Part shown: positions 10,886 to 20,295 of the stretch, piece after piece
How the letters are laid out: each line of letters starts with the position of its first letter
Position numbering within the stretch: position 1 is the first letter of the stretch
Virus record (IMG/VR): IMGVR_UViG_3300005913_000002
Reading direction: 5' to 3' (one strand)
Length of the DNA: 64,000 nt
Source: a virus
Notes under the pieces: model-generated
The model's input: the letters and a program-made list of their open reading frames with translations, nothing else
Told to the model about the DNA's origin: nothing
The model's database searches: none
Position numbers and translations under genes: made by a program

Positions 10886-13800
10886 ATGGCAATAAATTTT
10901 GATACCAACACACCAGGCAGCGTAACGCTTAAATCGCCGTCAACGGGCACTGTTACCTTAACATTACCTGATACTGCTAATACCAGCGGTTGGCAACTAG
11001 TATTAGCAGATAACACAGGCACATTAGAATTTGTGCCTCCTGGCACCGGCGCAAGCGGCGTAGCAGGTGTAGACGGTGCTACCGGTGCTACTGGTCCTAT
11101 TGGTGCAAGCGGAGCAACTGGCGCTACTGGCCCAGTGGGCGCAAGCGGCGCAGCAGGAGCAAACGGATCTACCGGTGCTACAGGTCCTATTGGTTCAACT
11201 GGGTTAAGCGGTACAGTAGGTAACGCAGGCTCAACCGGTGCTACAGGATTTACTGGTGCTACAGGAGCAACCGGTGCTACAGGATTTACTGGTGCAACAG
11301 GCGGCATTGGTGCTACGGGCGCTGCAGGCGGCGCAGGTTCAGCAGGAGCAACAGGTGCTAGCGGATTGGGGTACGATGTTACATCTACAACTAGTCATCC
11401 AACAGCAGTAGGTACTAGAACTTTTACTGTTAACAAAGCAAATGCTTATGTAATTGGCGGCCGAGTACAAATTACTTCTACAGCAGTTCCTACAAACTAT
11501 ATTCAAGGTACTGTTACGGGTATTGTGGGATTAAACATAACTGTTAGTGTAGATTCAGTAGCAGGTTTTCCGGGCCAAACTTACAGTTCTTGGAAATTTT
11601 CAGTTGCCGGCCTAAACGGAACAACAGGCGCTACTGGGCAAACAGGTGCATTCGGATCAACAGGTGCAACTGGTCCGGGCGGTAATACAGGTAATGACGG
11701 TGCTACTGGTGCTACCGGTATTCAGGGTAACCAAGGATCAACAGGTGCTACAGGTCCTCAGGGAGCAAGCGGCTCAGCCGGTGGCGCAGGAAACCAAGGT
11801 TCGACAGGAGCAACTGGTTATACTGGAACTACAGGTGCTACTGGTGCAACTGGTTTACAGGGAACAACCGGTGCTACAGGACCGAGCGGAGTCGGCGGCA
11901 CTACGGGCGCAACTGGTTTTAATGGATCAACCGGTGCTACAGGTCCTAGAGGAGCAGGAACATGGACTCCTATTTTAGGAACAGGAGTATCATCTACTGA
12001 TTATACAGTGTTTACAAAAACTGGTGGATCAAACGGTGCTTGGGATGTTCATGTATATTCAGCAGAAGGATTTGTAAGAGGTGCCGCAGTTGCAGCAAGA
12101 GCAGGCGGGACTGCTACTTATCGTGTGATGTTTGGTTTAAACAGTGATCCTGCTGCAAATGCAAGTTTCTCTTCAATTGATTATTCATACTACATGAATA
12201 ACGGTTCTGTTGCAATTTATGAAAGCGGAGCAAGTGTAGCAGGTAGTTGGGGAACATATACTACTTCAACAGAATTTCAAATTACTTACGATGGATATTT
12301 TGTAAGGTATTACAAAGACGGAGTAATGCAGAGAGAAGTTTCCCGTATAATGGGAACTGCATTATATTTTGATAGTTCGTTTAACTATACAAATAATTCA
12401 TTAACTAATGTGTCATTTGGTATGGCTGGCGAGTTAGGCCCTGAAGGTGCTGCTGGTGCAGGTATTGGTGCTGGCGGAGCAAACCAAGTTATCTATAAAG
12501 ATAGTGGAAACTTATTTGCTGGTAGTAATAATTTAACATTTGATGGTTCAAATTTAAATATCGGTGGCGCATTACAGTTTGACGGTAAAATAAACTGGGA
12601 TAGTACTACTGGTACCACGCAAAAAGGTTCTCCAACTATTGCGTTTCACAGTGTTCGAAGCGGACTAAAACATCCCAGTTACTTGGACGAAAACTTCTTA
12701 AGCGGAAGTAACAACATCAATGTTTACAATAACTCTGGTGGTAGTAATGTAACTATTACTCGAACAGCAAATAACTCAACTATTAATGCTCCTACTACTA
12801 GCGGATATGTTTTAACAATTAATCATACAGGAACTGTTGCAAGTCCTGGGTTTGGTGGTTTTAACTTTGCCGTAGGTACTAGAGCCAATGCAATTTTAGT
12901 TTCAACTTTTACAGCGAAATTACCAACAGGCAGAACAATTAACTGGGGTTCTAATGCCATCGGTACTAACGGAACAAGTTACTGGTTAACTAATAATACA
13001 GGCACAGGCAAGTGGGAAGAATATTCTTATGTTGTTATATGTGGCAATAGTGGTAGTTTTAGTAGTACTCACTTTTTCTATGTAACTGGCGGTGCAGCAC
13101 CTAGTGCAGGAGCACCATTAACTTGGTATTTGGCAAGCAGTGCAATTTATGATGTAACTGATCAAAGAAGCGATGTACTTTATCTAGATCGTGTCGGCAG
13201 CACCCCTAACATCAAAGGATACGGTGAAGGACAGATCATTATTGATGGATCTACTACTGGCAAGGGTGTTTATCTAAATCATTATGTAAATGGCAACGTC
13301 TATGCTGCAAGTGGCGGCGGCAAACTAGCAGTAGGTGGTGGTACTGGTCCGACGTATACATTAGATGTTTACGGTACAGGTGCAGTTAGAGATTACTTCC
13401 GTATTACCAATGCTGGTGGCGCACAGAAACTGTTAATGGGTAACCAAGATAGCAGCGGCACTAATAATCCTAATATTATTACAGCGGCTAACGGTACGCT
13501 GTCATTTGGAACAGGAAACACTTGGGCTACTAGTGGCGGCACTGTTAGTAATTTTGCAACTTTTGCAAGTGCAGGAGCAACAATTGTAGCAGGATCAGGT
13601 ACAACACCTGCTCTAAAAATTAACCCAGGCGGAAACAGTTGGAGTGAAGGTATTCGAATTAATCCTAGCCCAGGTGGTTGGTCCGGACTATATCTCCCTT
13701 CTACAGCAGACGTTACCGGCGGCACATGGTTAATAGGTAAAGCAGGCGGACTTGCCAACCAGTTCATCTTAATGAAGAACGGATTTACTGGATCTGTAGC

Positions 13801-16800
13801 AGTACGCTCAGATGCTGCCTTTGACGTAAGTTCGACTACAGGTAGATTTACATTTGGTTATAATCCGTATGTAGGTACAAATCAAATATGGCACGCAGGA
13901 AACTTAACTGATGCAAGTCAGTTGGGCAACAGTGGCGGATATGTCGGCGCTGGCGGCATTGCAACATTTCAATATGTAAGAACAACAGGCGGCGGCCTTG
14001 CTGATACTTCTGGAACATCATCAGCACTAAGAATCTATGCTCCTGGAGGAGCAGCATACGCTACTGGAACTAATGCAGTAACTGGTGCTATTAAAATTCG
14101 GTTACCGCAGTATCGTTCATCTACAATGATGAGAATGACTGTCAAGATTTTCGAATACGCTGGTGGAACTGGTGCAGGAACTAGTAGAAGTATCGAACTA
14201 GGCGGATACAACTATGGTCCAGGCGGCTGGTATAACACTTTTGCTACACAAGAAACTGACGGTGGCGGAAACATTAATGTACGCTTCGGACATGACGGAA
14301 CGAAAAATGCTATCTGGATTGGAGAAACCGGAACAGTATGGTCATACCCACAAATTTTTGTTACAGAGTTTCAAGCAGGGTACAATAATTTTGGATATAC
14401 ACAATGGGTAGACGGCTGGTCGGTTAGTATAGACAGTAGTTTTGGTACAGTTGAAACCAACATAACTGCTGCAAGAATTCACACTAGCGATAACCTAACT
14501 AACCTAAGTCAGTTGACTAACGGTCCTAGTTTTGTATCTGCATACTATACAGGACCTACTGACTTCCGTGGTGGCGATCACATGTTTACATCTGAAGGAA
14601 CTGGCGCCAGCACTATCAACAACAGCACCTATGCTCTACAAGTTGGTCCCTTTAACAATCGTATTACAACTGCAAACAGTTACTACGGCGGTATTGCGTT
14701 TAACCATTTGTTAAACTACAGCGGCGGTACATTAAACGACGACAGCACAAGTTATAATACTTCGCCGCATGCATGGATAGGTTTGCGATTGCATGATACT
14801 CCTGGTAGCGAACGAAGTTTCTTAGTATTTGCTACCAAGCCAGGTACTGGTACTAGTAATGCTGGCGCAGACATACCTAACGAACGTATGACAATTGATC
14901 CAGTTAATGGATATGTTGGTATTAATGTACCTGATCCTACTCATAGATTACATGTTAACGGTGACGTTCGTTTCCAAGGCAATAGTCGTGCGTACTTTGG
15001 TCCTAATAGTACATGGGGTGCAGATTTAATTATCGGCGGCAATGGTAGAACTGACGCTACTAAGTCTACTGTGGCGGCAACTAATGGAAATTTACACATT
15101 GACGCTGCTAACGGCTATGATTTGTACTTAAACTATTACAGCGGCCGTCCTATATATGCAAGAGGCAGCAATACAAACTGGGACAGTGGTAATTTAAGTA
15201 ATTTAAGTCAGTTGACTAACGGTCCGGGATTTATTACATCGAGCGGTTCAGCAGGCAGCATCAGTGGTGTCACTATTGATCGTATTGTTTACGGACAAAA
15301 TTCTACTAAAACAACAGAAACCGGGTTAACACAAGCACTTTCTTCTGGATTCTATAACGCCTATAACAACGGTACTCCTACAGGTACATGGTATACTGCA
15401 ATACATGTTCGCCATACTAACACTGGTAATAATTACGGCGGCCAGATTGCAATGAGTTTCTACAACGACGGTGATATTTACAATCGTCGCATTGAAAACG
15501 GCAGTTACAGTACTTGGCGTAAAATTTGGAACAACTTTAATTTAACTAACCTAAGTCAGTTGACTAACGGACCTGGATTTTTAGGCAAGTTTGGTAATAC
15601 TTATTATCAATTAGATACATGGTTGCAAGGTACAGGAACACACGGCTTATATTTTCCAAGCAGTGGAGCAGGAACACACTTCCATCCTAACCCTGCAACT
15701 TACGGTTCATTCTTAGTCCAAGGAAGCAAGAACGGATATTGGGGCCAGATGTATTTGACCAGCACAGGTCAGCAGGGTATGATGACCTCCGGAAACCTTG
15801 TTGGCTGGTACAATCATAGCGGTGGATGGAAGTTCCGTTTCAACAGCGGTGATGTGTTCTACGTCTATAGTGCATCAAACGGAGGCGGCTCTGCAAGAAC
15901 AGTATGGCATAATGGTAACTTAACTAACCTAAGTCAATTGACTAACGGACCGGGCTTTGTTACAGGAGCAAGTCAGTCATTAAGTTACAGAGGAGCAATA
16001 ACAGGCGGCTCTCAAACAGAAGGAGTATTAAACTCCGGTTGGTACACAGTAAACGAATCAGGATATGGCACATTCTTGTTCCATATGGGCGGCGCCACTT
16101 CATCTACTCGTAGTGTTCAAATGTATTTCCACTACGATGATCGCATGTGGATTAGAACTGGACGAAACAGTGAAACACAATGGGACGGTGTTGGAAGATA
16201 TTCTAGATTAGTATGGACCAATGGATCATTGACTAACCTAAGTCAATTGACTAACGGACCGGGATTTGTTTCAAGTGGGAGCAGTCCTACATTCCAGGAA
16301 GTTTATGTCAACGGTTGGTTCCGTAACAACACTAGTGGCAACGGTTTATATAACCAGGGAAACGCAAACCACTGGTATGCAAGCGCAGGCAACTACTGGG
16401 ACACTGGGCTAACTACGTCTGGCGGTATTAGACTGCGTATTGGTTATAATGGTACGGTTAGAGGACACTTATATTGTGATACTAGCAGCAACTCAGGTCT
16501 ATTAAACCAAAGCGGCTCGTGGAAAGTTCGTGTTAATGGTAGCGACACTGAAATTTACGATCTGTTATATTGGAATGATGGCCGTGGATACATCTTCTAC
16601 GATAGAAACAATACTGGTTATTATGTAGACCCTGCAAGTACATCTAACCTTAACGTTATTAACAATGAAGGTCAATATGGTAGATGGTGGGAACCAAAGG
16701 GCGTAGGTGGCAACAGCGGTAACGGTGGCCACGCATATAGAATTTTCCAAGAAGGCGGTGGCTGGGGATTTCCATATCCTGACTTACGTATTGCATTCCA

Positions 16801-17524
16801 TACTGGTATTAAGTTTGGTGCAAACACAAGTTATGAAGGTATGCGTTTCTACACTGATTACGATATGAGTAGTCGTGTTATGCAGGTCAACGGTGGTTCG
16901 AACTATATCTACATGGACCGCTGGATTAACGTTGCTGGTAGCCAAGGTATATTTTCTGGTACCAACGGTGCCCACTTTTATCCAAATAACGCAACTTACG
17001 GAGCATGGAGAGTAGACGGAACACGAAATGGTTGGTGTGGTATACACTTTACTACTAGTGTAGCGTTAATGATGAATAACAATGACGGTGGTATTCATCG
17101 AGAAGGTGATGGATGGAAGTTTTATTTTAGTGGTAATAACATTTATGCAAGAGGAGAAGTTACTGCTTACTGGTCAGATCGTAGATTAAAACAAGATATT
17201 ACTCCGTTAACAAAAGGTTCTGGTCTAGAACTTATTGATAAACTAGTACCATCTCACTTTGTTTGGAATGCATTAGCAAGAGAAGTAAATCCAGAGTTTA
17301 AAGAAGGACAAGAAGAAACTGCGTTAATTGCTCAAGAAGTGCAAGAAATATTACCAATTGCTGTTGCTGAAAATAAAGCAGGTAGAAGAGCAGGTAAAGG
17401 TTCTAGCATGGAGAGTTATCTAACTGTTAAATACGATAAGATAACGCCCTACTTAATACAGGCAATTAAAGATCTAAAAGCAGAAATAGAAGAACTAAAG
17501 GAAAAAATAAATGGCTCTAATTAA
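10886..17524 (+). CDS. long tail fibre: collagen-like N-term, modular receptor-binding region, C-terminal peptidase S74 chaperone (2212 aa)
   Basis: Gly-X-Thr triplets; pyocin-knob-like and shufflon-like (GWFRN..G.GLYNQ) modules; WSDRRLKQDI..LIAQEV..V.YDKI..LIQAIKDL S74 signature. Confidence 0.85.
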   Translation: MAINFDTNTPGSVTLKSPSTGTVTLTLPDTANTSGWQLVLADNTGTLEFVPPGTGASGVAGVDGATGATGPIGASGATGATGPVGASGAAGANGSTGATGPIGSTGLSGTVGNAGSTGATGFTGATGATGATGFTGATGGIGATGAAGGAGSAGATGASGLGYDVTSTTSHPTAVGTRTFTVNKANAYVIGGRVQITSTAVPTNYIQGTVTGIVGLNITVSVDSVAGFPGQTYSSWKFSVAGLNGTTGATGQTGAFGSTGATGPGGNTGNDGATGATGIQGNQGSTGATGPQGASGSAGGAGNQGSTGATGYTGTTGATGATGLQGTTGATGPSGVGGTTGATGFNGSTGATGPRGAGTWTPILGTGVSSTDYTVFTKTGGSNGAWDVHVYSAEGFVRGAAVAARAGGTATYRVMFGLNSDPAANASFSSIDYSYYMNNGSVAIYESGASVAGSWGTYTTSTEFQITYDGYFVRYYKDGVMQREVSRIMGTALYFDSSFNYTNNSLTNVSFGMAGELGPEGAAGAGIGAGGANQVIYKDSGNLFAGSNNLTFDGSNLNIGGALQFDGKINWDSTTGTTQKGSPTIAFHSVRSGLKHPSYLDENFLSGSNNINVYNNSGGSNVTITRTANNSTINAPTTSGYVLTINHTGTVASPGFGGFNFAVGTRANAILVSTFTAKLPTGRTINWGSNAIGTNGTSYWLTNNTGTGKWEEYSYVVICGNSGSFSSTHFFYVTGGAAPSAGAPLTWYLASSAIYDVTDQRSDVLYLDRVGSTPNIKGYGEGQIIIDGSTTGKGVYLNHYVNGNVYAASGGGKLAVGGGTGPTYTLDVYGTGAVRDYFRITNAGGAQKLLMGNQDSSGTNNPNIITAANGTLSFGTGNTWATSGGTVSNFATFASAGATIVAGSGTTPALKINPGGNSWSEGIRINPSPGGWSGLYLPSTADVTGGTWLIGKAGGLANQFILMKNGFTGSVAVRSDAAFDVSSTTGRFTFGYNPYVGTNQIWHAGNLTDASQLGNSGGYVGAGGIATFQYVRTTGGGLADTSGTSSALRIYAPGGAAYATGTNAVTGAIKIRLPQYRSSTMMRMTVKIFEYAGGTGAGTSRSIELGGYNYGPGGWYNTFATQETDGGGNINVRFGHDGTKNAIWIGETGTVWSYPQIFVTEFQAGYNNFGYTQWVDGWSVSIDSSFGTVETNITAARIHTSDNLTNLSQLTNGPSFVSAYYTGPTDFRGGDHMFTSEGTGASTINNSTYALQVGPFNNRITTANSYYGGIAFNHLLNYSGGTLNDDSTSYNTSPHAWIGLRLHDTPGSERSFLVFATKPGTGTSNAGADIPNERMTIDPVNGYVGINVPDPTHRLHVNGDVRFQGNSRAYFGPNSTWGADLIIGGNGRTDATKSTVAATNGNLHIDAANGYDLYLNYYSGRPIYARGSNTNWDSGNLSNLSQLTNGPGFITSSGSAGSISGVTIDRIVYGQNSTKTTETGLTQALSSGFYNAYNNGTPTGTWYTAIHVRHTNTGNNYGGQIAMSFYNDGDIYNRRIENGSYSTWRKIWNNFNLTNLSQLTNGPGFLGKFGNTYYQLDTWLQGTGTHGLYFPSSGAGTHFHPNPATYGSFLVQGSKNGYWGQMYLTSTGQQGMMTSGNLVGWYNHSGGWKFRFNSGDVFYVYSASNGGGSARTVWHNGNLTNLSQLTNGPGFVTGASQSLSYRGAITGGSQTEGVLNSGWYTVNESGYGTFLFHMGGATSSTRSVQMYFHYDDRMWIRTGRNSETQWDGVGRYSRLVWTNGSLTNLSQLTNGPGFVSSGSSPTFQEVYVNGWFRNNTSGNGLYNQGNANHWYASAGNYWDTGLTTSGGIRLRIGYNGTVRGHLYCDTSSNSGLLNQSGSWKVRVNGSDTEIYDLLYWNDGRGYIFYDRNNTGYYVDPASTSNLNVINNEGQYGRWWEPKGVGGNSGNGGHAYRIFQEGGGWGFPYPDLRIAFHTGIKFGANTSYEGMRFYTDYDMSSRVMQVNGGSNYIYMDRWINVAGSQGIFSGTNGAHFYPNNATYGAWRVDGTRNGWCGIHFTTSVALMMNNNDGGIHREGDGWKFYFSGNNIYARGEVTAYWSDRRLKQDITPLTKGSGLELIDKLVPSHFVWNALAREVNPEFKEGQEETALIAQEVQEILPIAVAENKAGRRAGKGSSMESYLTVKYDKITPYLIQAIKDLKAEIEELKEKINGSN
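13901..16263 (+). repeat. six dispersed in-frame direct repeats (NLTNLSQLTNGPGF) in tail fibre gene
   Basis: Core TAAGTCARTTGACTAACGG; AGTCARTTGACT begins at 14507, 15206, 15554, 15932, 16241, with a degenerate copy at 13916. Confidence 0.9.
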
Positions 17525-17909
17525 AAGTGTTGAACTAGCAAATGGAATTATTGCTGATCAAGCATACCACGTAGTTAGCGATGTAATTACATTCAAAATT
17601 CCATCAGACAAACCTGATCCCGGCGGTGTCAGGCCGGACAGTGCGCCTGACCATGTGTGGAAAAAAGGATACTACGGACGAGTGTGTGTTAAAGTGTATT
17701 ATAACAAAACGGCAAGAGATGCAGGTAAATCTGCTATTTTAAATATAGGAGTGTATCCTACTGATATACCCGCAGATTTACAAGCAGAAACAAAAACTGA
17801 ATCTAACTTAATTTGCACGTTAGATATAAATTCATCTGCTAGTATTATTGAGCAAGCGTATTCTTACTTAAAAACTCTTGATTATTATGCAGATACAGTA
17901 GAGGAATAA
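17511..17909 (+). CDS. fibre-associated hypothetical protein (assembly chaperone-like)
   Basis: Overlaps fibre stop; C-terminal QAYSYLKT motif typical of small fibre-downstream proteins. Confidence 0.55.
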   Translation: MALIKSVELANGIIADQAYHVVSDVITFKIPSDKPDPGGVRPDSAPDHVWKKGYYGRVCVKVYYNKTARDAGKSAILNIGVYPTDIPADLQAETKTESNLICTLDINSSASIIEQAYSYLKTLDYYADTVEE

Positions 17910-17910
17910 T

Positions 17911-18315
17911 ATGTCAGTAACTTATACTTGGCGAATCACCGGACTTAGAACTAAAACTGAAGGCAGTAATACTGACGCAGTTGTCCAAACTCACTGGGAA
18001 AAAATAGGAACAGATGAACACGGTCATACTGCTTCTTTTATAGGGGCAACGCCCTTTACATCAGTTAATGTGCCAGAAGGAGAATTTTTACCTTTTTCTC
18101 AATTAACTGAGGAAGTTGTATTAAGTTGGATTCAAACAACGATAGATTCTAATCCATCATATAAAGCACACATAGATGAAAGAATTCAAAAGAAACTTGA
18201 TTACTATCATGTAAGCGAACCTAACTTACCATGGAATAACGAACCTTCAGTTGCGCCGATTCCGGAAACTAGAGATATTAACGATCCAAACGAATTACCC
18301 GGATCTGAACGATAA
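17911..18315 (+). CDS. fibre-associated small protein, paralog 1
   Basis: MSVTYTW..VV..HW..G.D..G..F.PFSQLTEE.V.SW family motif; GAGGA RBS. Confidence 0.6.
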   Translation: MSVTYTWRITGLRTKTEGSNTDAVVQTHWEKIGTDEHGHTASFIGATPFTSVNVPEGEFLPFSQLTEEVVLSWIQTTIDSNPSYKAHIDERIQKKLDYYHVSEPNLPWNNEPSVAPIPETRDINDPNELPGSER

Positions 18316-18370
18316 TTTTATTGTTCATTATCTACATACATAAATAATTTTATCTTAACGGAGATATAAA

Positions 18371-18556
18371 ATGAACCCAGATCAAAAAATTGAATTGTCT
18401 TTAGACATTAACGCACTTAACACTGTTATGGCAGGCTTAGGTAAATTACCATACGAGCAATGTTTTGCAGTAGTTGACGAAATTAGACAACAAGTAGGAC
18501 CTCAAATCCAGCAGCAAGGCGGCAGCGGAGCAATGGGACCCGGCTCAGAACACTAA
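18371..18556 (+). CDS. small hypothetical protein
   Basis: GGAG RBS, TAAATA at 18341; LN.VM..LGKLPY motif. Confidence 0.6.
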   Translation: MNPDQKIELSLDINALNTVMAGLGKLPYEQCFAVVDEIRQQVGPQIQQQGGSGAMGPGSEH

Positions 18557-18586
18557 ATACAGTATTAATTTTATCGGAGATAAAAA

Positions 18587-18970
18587 ATGGCTGTAACTTA
18601 TGACTGGGGCGTAGAAACTATAGAGATGTACGAAGAGTACAATGGTTTAGAAAATGTAGTATATCGAGTAGTATGGAAGTGTACTGCGACTGGAGATAAC
18701 GGCGTAGTAAAAGATCAAATCGGAGTAGTTGATTTAAACTTACCTACAACATCAACTGGATATGTTTCAATTGCTGAATTACCGAGAACACAGATTGTAG
18801 ATTGGGTTAAATCTAAAGTTGCAGTTTCTGTAGTTGAGAGAAGTTTAGTTCCTCAAAGCAAGACTGTAAGTTTTATGGACACTACATCAACTACAGTTAC
18901 TGTTGCAGAGCAAATTGCTGCTAACCAAGCGCAACAAGCGTCTGATACGCCAACTCCAGATCCAGTCTAA
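18587..18970 (+). CDS. fibre-associated small protein, paralog 2
   Basis: MAVTYDW..LENVVYRVVW..IVDWV; GGAG RBS, TAAATA at 18554. Confidence 0.6.
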   Translation: MAVTYDWGVETIEMYEEYNGLENVVYRVVWKCTATGDNGVVKDQIGVVDLNLPTTSTGYVSIAELPRTQIVDWVKSKVAVSVVERSLVPQSKTVSFMDTTSTTVTVAEQIAANQAQQASDTPTPDPV

Positions 18971-18973
18971 TAA

Positions 18974-19534
18974 ATGCAAGGCGAATGGGCTTATCTTAAA
19001 AGTCATTTTTCGGTAGAACAATGCAATACTATAATTAGCAAAGCATTACAACTGCCAGAAATGCAAGGTAAGATGGGTCCAGACAACAGCAAAGTTACTG
19101 ATTGGCGTCGAAGTACAATACGTGGTATAATGAGAACTCCCGAATGGGAGTTTCTCTATAAAGAAATAGATGAATTAACTGCAAAAGTTAATGCAGATTG
19201 GTTTCAATTAGATTACACCCATCTTCCTGCAATACAATTTGCATCGTATGATGAAAAAGAACAAGGATGTTATAAAAGACATTGTGATACTTTTTTAGCA
19301 CCTTTACCTACACACAGAAAAATAAGTTTTACTGTTCAACTATCAGATGAAAATAGTTATGAAGGCGGAGATCTTTGTTTTTATGATGTATGTGCATTAC
19401 CTAATCAAGAAAATATGCGAGTTAGAGGCACCGTTTGTTTCTTTCCTAGCATTGTGTTTCATGAAGTTAAGCCAGTAACAACCGGCATTCGACATAGCCT
19501 TGCTGGATGGTACGAAGGTCCTCATTGGAGGTAA
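18974..19534 (+). CDS. 2OG-Fe(II) oxygenase (PKHD/prolyl-4-hydroxylase-like)
   Basis: HCD..RKISFTVQLS..YEGGDL..FPS..HEVKPVTTGIRHSL.W. Confidence 0.88.
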   Translation: MQGEWAYLKSHFSVEQCNTIISKALQLPEMQGKMGPDNSKVTDWRRSTIRGIMRTPEWEFLYKEIDELTAKVNADWFQLDYTHLPAIQFASYDEKEQGCYKRHCDTFLAPLPTHRKISFTVQLSDENSYEGGDLCFYDVCALPNQENMRVRGTVCFFPSIVFHEVKPVTTGIRHSLAGWYEGPHWR

Positions 19535-19542
19535 ATACTACT

Positions 19543-19866
19543 ATGATTACTTACGAATGGGATTTTCCGAGATTTCAAACTAGACCTTCACAGGACGGTT
19601 TAAGTGATGTTGTCTACAATATTGAATATGTACTTACTGGTCATGATGGCGAAGGCCATGGGCATCAGTTATTTGGTAATGTTGATGTAGGTAGTCCAGA
19701 AGCCGACTCATTTAAACCATTTAGATTACTAACACAACAAGTGGTAGAAACTTGGGTAATAGATGCGTTAGGCGAAGAATTGCTAAACGATTTAAAAGAA
19801 GTGATCACTAATCAAATTGATTCTCAACGATTGCCTGCAACTTCCACTTTAAATAGACCTTGGTAA
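19543..19866 (+). CDS. fibre-associated small protein, paralog 3 (start moved to ATG 19543)
   Basis: MITYEW..LSDVVYNIEY..F.PF..LTQQVVETWV; TAAATA at 19532. Confidence 0.6.
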   Translation: MITYEWDFPRFQTRPSQDGLSDVVYNIEYVLTGHDGEGHGHQLFGNVDVGSPEADSFKPFRLLTQQVVETWVIDALGEELLNDLKEVITNQIDSQRLPATSTLNRPW

Positions 19867-20295
19867 TTAACCAATAATATCAAACAATAATTCTATTTTA
19901 GTTTTATTAGTCTTGTTTGTAAGACTGCGTTTTACACCTTGATGTAAAGGTTTAGGCCAATGAGTTAAGTCACACCATGCATACCCTACATGTTCATTGT
20001 TAAGTGTAGGAATAAATTCTCGATCAATGATTAAAATATAAGTGTGATAATAAAAGTGTTGATCTTCACTTGTAAACAATTCTAACGGAATTGTTTTTCT
20101 AATGGTGGGAGTTTTTCCCACTTCTTCTGATATTTCTCTTTCAAGTGCAGCATACGGCGTAGTATCAGATTCTTCTTTTTTTCCTCCGACAATACCCCAA
20201 GTTCCTGCAGTTTTACCTTGATTTCTCAATAAGAATAAAAATCTTTTTGTGTCTTTAGCAAGAAAAAGTCCACCACTTGCAATAATATCGGTCAT
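19867..20295 (-). CDS. NUDIX hydrolase
   Basis: WGIVGGKKEESDTTPYAALEREISEEVG Nudix box; ATGA overlap with gp15 stop. Confidence 0.88.
   Translation of the reverse strand: MTDIIASGGLFLAKDTKRFLFLLRNQGKTAGTWGIVGGKKEESDTTPYAALEREISEEVGKTPTIRKTIPLELFTSEDQHFYYHTYILIIDREFIPTLNNEHVGYAWCDLTHWPKPLHQGVKRSLTNKTNKTKIELLFDIIG

Noticed and set aside
13901-16263. Repeat-spacer pattern as a CRISPR array, DGR or invertible shufflon
   Set aside because: Spacers are 300-700 bp and in frame; repeats are all direct; no cas, reverse transcriptase, TR/VR pair or invertase seen
1722-17047. Many minus-strand and off-frame ORFs (MPP../PVAP..) over the fibre genes
   Set aside because: Shadow frames of Gly/Thr/Ala-rich codon repeats; no RBS or promoter
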